DNA of 45,150 nucleotides from a virus. Made by a program: the position numbers and the translations under genes. The notes under the pieces are model-generated. The model had not been told where the DNA came from and did not search any database. It was given only the letters and a program-made list of their open reading frames with translations. This document shows, piece by piece, positions 8,346 to 16,638 of this stretch (the stretch's first letter is position 1; each line of letters begins with the position of its first letter). The stretch lies in the UHGV virus genome UHGV-0177523; one strand, given 5' to 3'.

Positions 8346-8365
8346 TAATTGTGGCGAGTATAGAA
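8346..8365 (+). promoter_or_regulatory. Phage RNAP promoter
   Basis: TAATTGTGGCGAGTATAGAA. Confidence 0.85.
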
Positions 8366-8375
8366 CAAACCCTTC

Positions 8376-8454
8376 GGAGAAGGAGATTATAGGTATACCT
8401 AGGTATTCCCAGGTATGCCCTAGGTAACCAGGTATACCTATAATCTCCTTCTCC
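8376..8454. repeat. Perfect 25-bp inverted repeat with AGGTA iterons in the loop; probable primary replication origin
   Basis: GGAGAAGGAGATTATAGGTATACCT (8376-8400) and its reverse complement (8430-8454), between two phage promoters just after the RNAP gene, as for the T7 origin. Confidence 0.7.
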
Positions 8455-8480
8455 TCTTCTTCTCTCCTGAGAAGAGAGGT

Positions 8481-8500
8481 TAATAGTGGCTAGTATAGAA
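8481..8500 (+). promoter_or_regulatory. Phage RNAP promoter (variant)
   Basis: TAATAGTGGCTAGTATAGAA. Confidence 0.85.
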
Positions 8501-8533
8501 CAGAACTAACAATTCAACCACAAGGTGTACACC

Positions 8534-8710
8534 ATGAATAAAGGTAAGTTTAATATCAAGAAAGGGCAGATGCTGGAAGATGACTTTGGTCGCAACTATG
8601 AGGCAAGAGGTCGCCGGGATAAGATGCACAAGCCTAAGCGTGGCGGTGGTATTAAAGGTGCATTCCGCAAGGGTGCAGATGCCACCATTATCGAGGCATG
8701 GGAGGTCTAA
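8534..8710 (+). CDS. Small basic hypothetical protein
   Basis: Follows a promoter; RBS AAGGTG; K/R-rich, like T7 gp1.1-type genes. Confidence 0.7.
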   Translation: MNKGKFNIKKGQMLEDDFGRNYEARGRRDKMHKPKRGGGIKGAFRKGADATIIEAWEV

Positions 8711-8844
8711 TGAGATACCTCATCCTTTACATGGGAAACGAGACGTATGCTCTGAAAGATGAATGGGAGAATCGGTTCGTCTTTAAAGGCACCTACAATG
8801 AATGCTACGAACACATGAAGGGAAGAAGTAATGGCGATAGTTAA
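8710..8844 (+). CDS. Small hypothetical protein, 44 aa (MRYLILYMGNETYAL...)
   Basis: RBS GGAGG; TAATG coupling; not in the ORF track because of its size. Confidence 0.6.
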   Translation: MRYLILYMGNETYALKDEWENRFVFKGTYNECYEHMKGRSNGDS

Positions 8845-10834
8845 TAACTCAGGTTGCCCGGAGTGCATGAAGAATGGGCATGACACTACACAGAACCACC
8901 TTATCCATTTTGAGGATGGTGGCAAGTATTGTAGCCGTGGTCACTTCCACACATCTGGCAAGCCCTACTATGAAGCCCCAGGTGAAGGGGTAAGCTTACT
9001 TGATATGCCGCTTAGCTCCACCAAGTGGACTGTTAAGCAATTCAATGACCTTGTTAAGCAAGGTAAGATAACCAACGCGGCAGACCGTGCGATAGCCTTG
9101 GGTGCTATGAGAATGGCAGACCGCTATGAGGTGATGAACGATGAAGAACGTGCAGCCATCCAGGAAGAGTGGGACCTCGATGTCGAGTGGTTCCAAACCC
9201 TTAAACGGAAGAACCTCGTATCCCGACATATCCGAGGTGAGATCTGTGCCATCTATGATGTTCGTGTCGGCCATGATGAAGATGGAGCAGTCAATCGACA
9301 CTATTACCCACGGTTTGAACAAGGACGCTTAGTAGGTGCCAAATGCCGCACCTTGCCTAAGGACTTCAAGTTCGGACACCTTGGTAAGCTGTTCGGTGAC
9401 CAGGATTTGTTCGGCATGAACACCCTGTCCAACGTGTTGGACAAAGGTAGACGCAAGGACAAACTCCTCATCGTGGGCGGCGAGCTGGATGCCCTGGCGG
9501 CACAGCAGATGCTTCTGGACTCAGCAAGAGGCACTCAGTATGAGGGCAAGCCTTATCACGTCTGGTCAATAAACAAAGGGGAAGCTTGCCTCCAGGAAAT
9601 CGTTGCAAACCGTGAGCACATCTCTCAGTTTAAGCAAATCATCTGGGGCTTTGATGGTGACGAAGTAGGCATGAAGCTGAATCAGCAGGCGGCTCGCTTG
9701 TTCCCAGGCAAATCATTTATCCTTGAGTACCCGGCGGGTTGCAAGGATGCCAACAAGGCACTGATGGCAGGTAAGGCCAAGGAGTTTGTGGATTCCTGGT
9801 TTAATGCCAAGTCTGCTGAGGAGGTATTTGGTAGCCAGATTAAGTCCATCTCTTCTATGAAGGATAAGCTTAAGGCTGCCCGCCCGGAACCGGGTCTCTC
9901 ATGGCCCTGGCCTGAACTCAACAAGATTACCCTGGGTATACGAAAGAACCAGCTGTTCATTATCGGTGCCGGGTCCGGCGTAGGTAAGACAGAGTTCCTC
10001 CGGGAGGTCGTTAAGCATCTCATCGAGGTGCATGGTGAGTCTGTTGGGGTTATCTCCACAGAAGACCCGACTGTTAAGGTGTCTCGTGCCTTTATCGGCA
10101 AGTGGATTGACAAGCGTATTGAGCTGCCACCCACCAACGACCCACGAGAGTCGGGTTACCGTGAGGTGCTGGACTATACGGACGAAATGGCAGATGAAGC
10201 CATCGACTATGTGTCCGACACAGGTAAGCTGTTTGTCGCCGACCTTGAAGGTGATTACTCTATGGAGAAGGTCGAGCAGACCTGCCTGGAGTTCGAGGCA
10301 ATGGGTATACGCAACATCGTAATTGATAACCTAACGGGGATTAAATTAGATGAAAGACAATTCGGCGGTAAAGTGGGCGCACTTGATGAGTGTGTTAAGC
10401 GGCTTGGAAACATCAAAGATAGATGCCCTATTACCTTGTTCCTGGTATCGCACCTTACGCGACCTGGAGGACAACGCAAGCAGCATGAGGAAGGCGGAGA
10501 CGTCATTCTATCTGATTTTAGGGGGTCCGGGGCTATCGGGTTCTGGGCGAGCTATGCCCTTGGAATCGAGCGCAACACGCGAGCTGAGTCTCTTGATGAG
10601 AGAACAACAACGTTTATTAGCTGTGTTAAAGACCGAGATCAGGGGATCTTTACTGGAACTAAAGTATGCCTTAAAGGTGACCTCTCCACTGGCCGCTTGC
10701 TGCCCCTCAAGGAAGCAAGAAAGCTGGATGGAGGCAGCGGAAGCTTTGATACTGGAGCATATCAAGGCAGCACTGTGCCTGAACCAATAGTGGCGGGTAT
10801 AGAAGAGACACCCGAGGAAGAATCGGAGTATTGA
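8831..10834 (+). CDS. DNA primase/helicase (T7 gp4-like)
   Basis: N-terminal Zn finger (CPEC...C..H), TOPRIM (GGELDAL, FDGD), Walker A GAGSGVGKT, and DnaB-family motifs LVSHL and SDFRGSGAI. Confidence 0.97.
   Translation: MAIVNNSGCPECMKNGHDTTQNHLIHFEDGGKYCSRGHFHTSGKPYYEAPGEGVSLLDMPLSSTKWTVKQFNDLVKQGKITNAADRAIALGAMRMADRYEVMNDEERAAIQEEWDLDVEWFQTLKRKNLVSRHIRGEICAIYDVRVGHDEDGAVNRHYYPRFEQGRLVGAKCRTLPKDFKFGHLGKLFGDQDLFGMNTLSNVLDKGRRKDKLLIVGGELDALAAQQMLLDSARGTQYEGKPYHVWSINKGEACLQEIVANREHISQFKQIIWGFDGDEVGMKLNQQAARLFPGKSFILEYPAGCKDANKALMAGKAKEFVDSWFNAKSAEEVFGSQIKSISSMKDKLKAARPEPGLSWPWPELNKITLGIRKNQLFIIGAGSGVGKTEFLREVVKHLIEVHGESVGVISTEDPTVKVSRAFIGKWIDKRIELPPTNDPRESGYREVLDYTDEMADEAIDYVSDTGKLFVADLEGDYSMEKVEQTCLEFEAMGIRNIVIDNLTGIKLDERQFGGKVGALDECVKRLGNIKDRCPITLFLVSHLTRPGGQRKQHEEGGDVILSDFRGSGAIGFWASYALGIERNTRAESLDERTTTFISCVKDRDQGIFTGTKVCLKGDLSTGRLLPLKEARKLDGGSGSFDTGAYQGSTVPEPIVAGIEETPEEESEY
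9426..9443. repeat. 18-bp palindrome TGTCCAACGTGTTGGACA embedded in the primase CDS
   Basis: Exact copy encoding LSNVLDK. Confidence 0.9.
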
Positions 10835-10848
10835 TGTCTAACAGGGTT

Positions 10849-10866
10849 TGTCCAACGTGTTGGACA
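10849..10866. repeat. 18-bp palindrome TGTCCAACGTGTTGGACA
   Basis: Exact intergenic copy with extended arms GGTT/AGCC. Confidence 0.9.
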
Positions 10867-10897
10867 AGCCTAACTTACTTAATGAATCGAGGTTAAC

Positions 10898-11602
10898 ATG
10901 GTTGTATTAAAGTTGAAGGTGGGTGATCGCGTTCGTAATATCAACAAGATGTCAAAGCGCCGGGGTTGCCAGGGAGTTGTTCACGACGTATCTTACCACG
11001 GCACTCCAAGTCTGGATGCCAGTGCCAGGGAGTATCATGTTGTTTATGACAACGGCATGATGCAATCTTACGATGCACATAGGGCGCATATTTACCTGGA
11101 GTTAATTGCTGGCTCGCAGACGCCAACAAAGCTGGACTATGGCACAGCGTACCGCGATGTATCTATGATGACACCAGAAAGTCGCAACACTCTGCTGCGT
11201 GCCATTTGCGACATCTCTGGGTTGCAGCGTCCAGGTAAGCGTAAGGTGCTCCGCCGTGAGCGTGTCAACGTCATTACTGGTAAGACCCAAAGTGAGATGG
11301 TGCGTGAGCTTGGCCCGGCACGTGGTGTTGCTGAGTTTAACACGCGAGCCACTGGTCGCACTACAGGTATTGCCTTTAGTATCATAGGGCAAGCTATGTG
11401 CAACCCAGGGCAGGCCATCTCTTACCGGGATGTTGACCACACCTTCCACGAAGGCCGGGAGGTTCGCACCCCGCACCAGTTCAATAAGAACTTCGAGAGC
11501 GAACTCCTCTACAAGTTACGTGAGCTTAAGGGGTTCATTATTAACCCAGAGAGACACACCATCCAATATAACCCTATCGTCACAGAAGAGGTGTACGTAT
11601 AA
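10898..11602 (+). CDS. Hypothetical protein (N-terminal SH3/KOW-like KVGDRV segment)
   Basis: 234-aa ORF with RBS GAGG. Confidence 0.75.
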   Translation: MVVLKLKVGDRVRNINKMSKRRGCQGVVHDVSYHGTPSLDASAREYHVVYDNGMMQSYDAHRAHIYLELIAGSQTPTKLDYGTAYRDVSMMTPESRNTLLRAICDISGLQRPGKRKVLRRERVNVITGKTQSEMVRELGPARGVAEFNTRATGRTTGIAFSIIGQAMCNPGQAISYRDVDHTFHEGREVRTPHQFNKNFESELLYKLRELKGFIINPERHTIQYNPIVTEEVYV

Positions 11603-11829
11603 TGAAAGGTTACATCGTAAAACTCCGTAACGGGAAGCTCCGGTATCACCTCATTACCCCTTACGGCGGCACCATTGCCGAATCATTGAGTGACACCAAA
11701 CTGATGGCTAGTTTCGGTGTGAAGTGGCTTAAGCGTGTGTCGTACCGGGACTATTCCAGTAAGTGGAAGATCGCAAACTGGTATCGCCTTAACAATCGTG
11801 GTCGTATCGTGGGGGTGTTCCATGTCTAA
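11602..11829 (+). CDS. Hypothetical protein
   Basis: TAATG coupling. Confidence 0.7.
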   Translation: MKGYIVKLRNGKLRYHLITPYGGTIAESLSDTKLMASFGVKWLKRVSYRDYSSKWKIANWYRLNNRGRIVGVFHV

Positions 11830-12034
11830 CAAGGTATCCCTCCGGCACATCGAAGGCAACGAGATGGCCCAGAGCCATATCACCAGCCAGGCCATGTTGT
11901 TTGCGGAGCTGACCCGCAAGGTTGCCAAAGAGAACAGCCTGACGCAGTCGCAGGTCATTGATGAGGTGCATGCAGAGCCGAGCAAAGGTATCTACATGGG
12001 AACCAAGATGACCCGCACGCGGCGGCGTAGTTAA
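11822..12034 (+). CDS. Hypothetical protein (MSNKVSLRH...)
   Basis: Start moved to the ATG after GGGGG; overlaps the upstream stop. Confidence 0.65.
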   Translation: MSNKVSLRHIEGNEMAQSHITSQAMLFAELTRKVAKENSLTQSQVIDEVHAEPSKGIYMGTKMTRTRRRS

Positions 12035-12046
12035 TAAGTCATGGGT

Positions 12047-12064
12047 TGTCCAACGTGTTGGACA
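12047..12064. repeat. 18-bp palindrome TGTCCAACGTGTTGGACA
   Basis: Exact intergenic copy upstream of the DNA polymerase. Confidence 0.9.
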
Positions 12065-12099
12065 GCCTATTATCATATTAACTGTATGAGGATAAGATT

Positions 12100-12195
12100 A
12101 TGCGTATCGAATGGGATTCAGATTGGGATTACTATGACCGCTTCCAAGGCAAGAAGCGCCCGTTCAACGAGGAGTTCGATGATTATGACAATTGA
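12100..12195 (+). CDS. 31-aa acidic/aromatic microprotein MRIEWDSDWDYYDRFQGKKRPFNEEFDDYDN
   Basis: RBS GAGGA; overlaps the polymerase start. Confidence 0.55.
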   Translation: MRIEWDSDWDYYDRFQGKKRPFNEEFDDYDN

Positions 12196-14725
12196 TTGGA
12201 AGAAAGCAGGCCAAGGTCGTCTCCTGGTTATGGATGCGGAGGCCAAGGGTTTACTTGATGCAATCCGGTATGACAAGGGTAACCATGACGTGCACATTAT
12301 TTGCTGTATGGACCTTATCACCACAGAGGAGTTCCTCTTCTTCAATGCGTATGAAGACAGGGACCCGGAAGCCAGGGAGCGCCTGGTGGAGTGGGAGGGG
12401 CATCAAGATGGTAGTCTCGAAGATGGCGTGAATTTCCTTCGGTATGCAGATGCTATCATCTCGCAAAACTGGTTGGGCTACGACGGACTCTTAATGGAGA
12501 AGGCGTTCCCTGCCATCTTCAAAGGGTACAACCACACAGAGAAGCGTGGCAAGTCGGCGTATCGCTCTGACCTTTGCCCGGTGAAAGTGATGGATACCCT
12601 GGTGATGTCCCGGCTTCTCAACCCAGACCGCAGACTGCCACCGCAGGCCTACGCCAAAGGCCTGGGCAACGTAGGACCTCACTCCATAGAGGCACACGGC
12701 ATCCGTATCGGTCGCTATAAGCCAGAGAACGAAGACTGGAGCAAGCTTACCGACCACATGGTACACCGTGTAAGGGAAGACGTGGCAATCGGTCGTGACC
12801 TGTTCCTCTGGTTGTTTAATGGTGAATGGAAGGAGCACAAGGCTCGTGGCCTTAACCCAAGGACCAAGCTGGGTATCGAGACTGCCTTCCACATGGAATC
12901 CATAGTCGCCCTGGAAATGACCAGGCAGGCTGAACGTGGATTCCGCTTGGACATCGACAAGGCAATCGAGCGCTGCGCCATCCTGGATAAGGAGATTGAT
13001 GCCACCGATGCTGGGTTCCGCCCGCACATGCCGATGCGTATCAAGTCCAAACCTTTTAAGCAAGAGGAGAAGAACGAATATGTTGCTGCGGCTAACGAGT
13101 GGGCGAGGTCAAATGGAATCCCTGTACGTCTTGGGGATACGGCCTTCCTGTACTCCGAACGTAGGGGTGATAGGAAGACTGTCTGGTCAGTCACCACTAA
13201 GTCTGGCGATTGGGCTGCTGCTGTCAAGAAAGATTACCCACATATCCGAGGGAATCGAAACGATACACCCAGCATCAAGCATATTGGCCCTTACACGCCA
13301 GTCACCTTCGAGGACATCCCTCTAGGTAACAGGGACACTGTAAAGGAAATCATCTATCAGTATGGGTGGCGAGGTGTGGAGTTCAATGACACCGACCAAG
13401 CCTATATTGATGAGCACAACGAACTACCCAAACCCTGGAGTGGTAAGATCAATGAAAAGTCCATTAAGGTATGGCAGGAAGCAGCCGCACGTGATGGTAA
13501 AACAGTCCCTGATTGGTGCTTGGGTATCGCGCGATGGTACATACTCGTATCCCGTCGTGGTCAGATCCTCAACCGTGGTGACGTTGAAGCCTTCAAGGAA
13601 AAGGGAATCTGGCCCTCGCAGGCTGGTAAGAGAAAGTGTCGTGGCCTTGTGCCAGCGGCGTTCTCAAGAGAGCTTGGCATAAGTGCGCAGACCTACTATG
13701 AGAGGTATGGGTACTGGCCTACGTCTGATAAGGACGACTCTGAGTGGCGAGTTCCAGCAGTGGCTATCAGTATTGGGACCTCTACTTTTCGTATGCGCCA
13801 CCGTAATGTTGTTAATATCCCCGCTCGTGGTCTTTTCCCTCTGCGTGACCTATTTATCGCAGGGAAAGGTAAGCTCATCCTGGGGTGCGATGGTGCAGGG
13901 CTAGAGCTTCGCGTACTCAGTCACTTCATGAATGACCCAGAGTACCAAGAGATTGTCCTGCATGGTGATATCCACACACATAACCAGTTAAAGGCTGGCC
14001 TGCCTAAGCGTGACATGGCTAAGACCTTTATCTATGCCTTCCTTTATGGCTCTGGCATAGCCAACCTGGCAGCGGTCTGTGGTGTCACCGAGAAGGTCAT
14101 GCGTGAGGTTGTTGCACGCTTCGAGATTGAGTTGCCATCATTGGCACGTCTGCGCGAGTCAGTCATAGCAGCAGGTAATAACTACGGCTACCTACAGGCC
14201 CCTGATGGGCATTGGGGTCGTATCCGTTCCAAAGGCGGGGTGCTCAAAGAGCATACCATGCTGAACGTTCTGCTTCAAATGACTGGCTCGCTGTGTATGA
14301 AGTATGCAGCGGTCAAGGCCTTTGCTGTGATGCGCCGAGAGGGCGTGGCTCTGGATGCAGACGGCCATCCTGCTGGCGTTGCTAACGTCCACGATGAGAT
14401 TCAGATGGAGGTTCCAGAGGATGAAGTCCTATTACTTGACTACACCATCCCTTTCACAAGAGAAGGTTTCGAGAATGAGAAGGCTGCTATCAAGGCAGCA
14501 TTCGACCCAGAGGAGAAGCGAATCCATATCGATGTGGATGGACGAATGTGGTCAGCAGCTGCCCTCATCTCTGTGGAAGAAGATCACATTAAGTGCCGCC
14601 GTAAGTACCACCGTGCGGGGCAAATCATTGCAGAGGCGATGACCTGGGCTGGGCAGTATCTTAAGATGCGTTGCCCTATGGCAGGCGAATATAAAATCGG
14701 TACATCATGGGCTGAGACCCACTAA
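12185..14725 (+). CDS. DNA polymerase, family A (T7 gp5-like) with 3'-5' exonuclease
   Basis: Exo I DAE, motif A DGAGLELR, motif B RDMAKTFIYAFLYG and motif C VHDE; start after RBS GAGGAG (12179 is an alternative). Confidence 0.97.
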   Translation: MTIDWKKAGQGRLLVMDAEAKGLLDAIRYDKGNHDVHIICCMDLITTEEFLFFNAYEDRDPEARERLVEWEGHQDGSLEDGVNFLRYADAIISQNWLGYDGLLMEKAFPAIFKGYNHTEKRGKSAYRSDLCPVKVMDTLVMSRLLNPDRRLPPQAYAKGLGNVGPHSIEAHGIRIGRYKPENEDWSKLTDHMVHRVREDVAIGRDLFLWLFNGEWKEHKARGLNPRTKLGIETAFHMESIVALEMTRQAERGFRLDIDKAIERCAILDKEIDATDAGFRPHMPMRIKSKPFKQEEKNEYVAAANEWARSNGIPVRLGDTAFLYSERRGDRKTVWSVTTKSGDWAAAVKKDYPHIRGNRNDTPSIKHIGPYTPVTFEDIPLGNRDTVKEIIYQYGWRGVEFNDTDQAYIDEHNELPKPWSGKINEKSIKVWQEAAARDGKTVPDWCLGIARWYILVSRRGQILNRGDVEAFKEKGIWPSQAGKRKCRGLVPAAFSRELGISAQTYYERYGYWPTSDKDDSEWRVPAVAISIGTSTFRMRHRNVVNIPARGLFPLRDLFIAGKGKLILGCDGAGLELRVLSHFMNDPEYQEIVLHGDIHTHNQLKAGLPKRDMAKTFIYAFLYGSGIANLAAVCGVTEKVMREVVARFEIELPSLARLRESVIAAGNNYGYLQAPDGHWGRIRSKGGVLKEHTMLNVLLQMTGSLCMKYAAVKAFAVMRREGVALDADGHPAGVANVHDEIQMEVPEDEVLLLDYTIPFTREGFENEKAAIKAAFDPEEKRIHIDVDGRMWSAAALISVEEDHIKCRRKYHRAGQIIAEAMTWAGQYLKMRCPMAGEYKIGTSWAETH

Positions 14726-14736
14726 TAGGAGATATA

Positions 14737-14958
14737 ATGAGTGTCAAAAGTATTGAGGTAATCTTTAAGCGCAGCCTGTTTGATATGGTGCGTAACTTGT
14801 TTGTACCTAAGTCTAAGCGATTCCCTCGCGTAGCCACCTTCACTGGTTTCGATGACTTCGAAATTGAGTCTGACGGGTTCCTTTCTGTTCGCTTCGGTAA
14901 GAGTTGTTATCTCTACCCTGCGCATAAGATTGCACGCATCAAAACTACACTGCACTAA
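14737..14958 (+). CDS. Hypothetical protein
   Basis: RBS AGGAG. Confidence 0.75.
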   Translation: MSVKSIEVIFKRSLFDMVRNLFVPKSKRFPRVATFTGFDDFEIESDGFLSVRFGKSCYLYPAHKIARIKTTLH

Positions 14959-15033
14959 TACTGGCGAGTATAGAACAGAGGGTCATTAATTGGCCCTCAA
15001 TTGTATACCCGTAACTTAATGAGGTTATTATGT
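14956..15033 (+). promoter_or_regulatory. Phage promoter + hairpin + RBS cassette, copy 1
   Basis: TAATACTGGCGAGTATAGAA-CAGAGGGTCATTAATTGGCCCTC-AATTGTATACCCGTAA-...GAGG..ATG. Confidence 0.85.
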
Positions 15034-15563
15034 CTATCAAACAACTTAAAGGTATTCACCACCTGGTAAAGGCTATCACTGAGGAGAACTTCTTCATTGC
15101 AGGTGGTGCGGTGGTGGATTCCCTGTATGGCAAGGAGCCAAAGGATTATGACTTAGTCCTTCCTGCTTACGACATGAATGAAGTGGAAGCCTTCCATTTC
15201 CTGGTAGAGCTGTCGGAACGATTCAATCGCCTGGGATATAAGACCAAGGTGTACCAGTCTTATGGCCTCAATTTAGGTGGGACAGTGGACCCTCGGTCCT
15301 TCCAGGCAAACTTCCTTGGTTGTATGAAAGTTGTCATGCACAACTGTCATCTGGACCTGTTGCTCTCCAAACACCACCATATCCAAGAGCACGTCATGTA
15401 TCATGATTGCAATATGAACATGGTGTGGTTCAATGGTGACCGTATCTGCTGGGGGCATGGCGGCAATGAACCTAAAGTTTCTGAGCTTGTCTTCATGGAT
15501 AATATCCCGGAAGACCGCAAAGAACGCATGCGTAAGAAGTGGGCAACCTTTCAAGCCATGTAG
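15030..15563 (+). CDS. Nucleotidyltransferase (polymerase-beta superfamily, CCA/poly(A) polymerase head-like)
   Basis: IAGGAVVDSLYGKEPKDYDL (GG...DxD) and a later HDCNMN segment. Confidence 0.75.
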   Translation: MSIKQLKGIHHLVKAITEENFFIAGGAVVDSLYGKEPKDYDLVLPAYDMNEVEAFHFLVELSERFNRLGYKTKVYQSYGLNLGGTVDPRSFQANFLGCMKVVMHNCHLDLLLSKHHHIQEHVMYHDCNMNMVWFNGDRICWGHGGNEPKVSELVFMDNIPEDRKERMRKKWATFQAM

Positions 15564-15564
15564 T

Positions 15565-15642
15565 TAATAGTGGCGAGTATAGAACAGAGGGTCATTCATT
15601 GGCCCTCAATTGTATACCCGTAAATTAATGAGGTTATTATGT
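15565..15642 (+). promoter_or_regulatory. Phage promoter + hairpin + RBS cassette, copy 2
   Basis: 75/78 identical to 14956-15033. Confidence 0.85.
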
Positions 15643-15860
15643 TCTTATTTAATAAGACGTACACCACTCATGATGGTGTTATTGTGGATGTATCCATTTT
15701 CGAGGATACAAGTGTTGGTGTGGTATCTAAGACATCGCCCCTTGCAGCTATTTACAGCTACCATGTCTGTCTTGACGTAGGTTGCTCTGCTGAGGATGTA
15801 CTCCAAGCTATTATCTCTGGTGTCGCCAAGGTGCGAGAGGTTTCAGCTCTTTGGAATTAA
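15639..15860 (+). CDS. Hypothetical protein
   Basis: Driven by cassette copy 2. Confidence 0.75.
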   Translation: MFLFNKTYTTHDGVIVDVSIFEDTSVGVVSKTSPLAAIYSYHVCLDVGCSAEDVLQAIISGVAKVREVSALWN

Positions 15861-15877
15861 TAGTGGCGAGTATAGAA
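15858..15877 (+). promoter_or_regulatory. Phage RNAP promoter (consensus)
   Basis: TAATAGTGGCGAGTATAGAA. Confidence 0.9.
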
Positions 15878-15907
15878 GAATACAAACTTAACCTGGAGAT
15901 CTAATAA

Positions 15908-16285
15908 ATGTCTTTAATCAATACCTATGTTTCTGTATCTCAGTTCTTCCGTAAGGTAGGCACTTCTATTCGCAAGAAGCTTATCTCTAAGCTGGAAGCT
16001 GAGCTGTTCCGTACTGAGATCGACCTGGCAAAAGCCGAAGAGAAGCGCAGCGAGAACATGACCAAGCTGCACCAGGAGCACTACAAGGCAGCTGCTGCCA
16101 TCGGCGAGCAAAAGGCCGCAGAGTTGGATGCTTTGTATAAGAAGTTCGATGATCTGGCCGCCGCAGAAGTTTCCCGTTTCACTGTGGCTAAGGCAAGCAT
16201 CGCTGTTGTATCCCAGGCAATCGCGGATGACCTCAAGTCTCGCCGCGCTGCGCTCTCCTCTGAACTCGATAAGCTGGTAGGTTAA
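15908..16285 (+). CDS. Coiled-coil hypothetical protein
   Basis: Ala/Lys/Glu-rich helical ORF with RBS GGAG. Confidence 0.75.
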   Translation: MSLINTYVSVSQFFRKVGTSIRKKLISKLEAELFRTEIDLAKAEEKRSENMTKLHQEHYKAAAAIGEQKAAELDALYKKFDDLAAAEVSRFTVAKASIAVVSQAIADDLKSRRAALSSELDKLVG

Positions 16286-16287
16286 TC

Positions 16288-16503
16288 ATGTATTTCGACT
16301 ACGTAGTCCTGAACTTGATCTTTATCGTTCTGACCTGGAGTTGGACGATCCGTGCTTTCCTGGTGAAAGAAACCACGCAACTGCTGTTTAATGGCAAGTT
16401 GGTTGTCACCCGTAACAATAAGGTAATGGCGTGGGCGATACTGGTACTGACGGTATTCAACACAGCATCTTTTATCTTCTTCTCGGTGATTTCCGCCCAA
16501 TAG
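16288..16503 (+). CDS. Small membrane protein (2 TM segments)
   Basis: Two hydrophobic stretches. Confidence 0.65.
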   Translation: MYFDYVVLNLIFIVLTWSWTIRAFLVKETTQLLFNGKLVVTRNNKVMAWAILVLTVFNTASFIFFSVISAQ

Positions 16504-16517
16504 TGGCGAGTATAGAA
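16498..16517 (+). promoter_or_regulatory. Phage RNAP promoter
   Basis: CAATAGTGGCGAGTATAGAA. Confidence 0.85.
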
Positions 16518-16638
16518 CAGGTGCTCACTCTTTGAGTGGGTATCTGGGTGTCGTCAACTTCTACAGTAGGCGCGCAAGTAGGGAGAGGCTACACCCTGGC
16601 GACACCACAGATACTAACCTGAATGAATAGGAGATATA

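Noticed and set aside
12041..12184. N-terminal extension of the DNA polymerase given in the ORF track
   Set aside because: It runs through the palindrome and a separate small ORF; the RBS supports a start at 12179 or 12185.
5649..14725. Introns, inteins or homing endonucleases in RNAP, helicase or polymerase; integrase or repressor
   Set aside because: The genes are uninterrupted and of normal length, and no lysogeny functions are seen.
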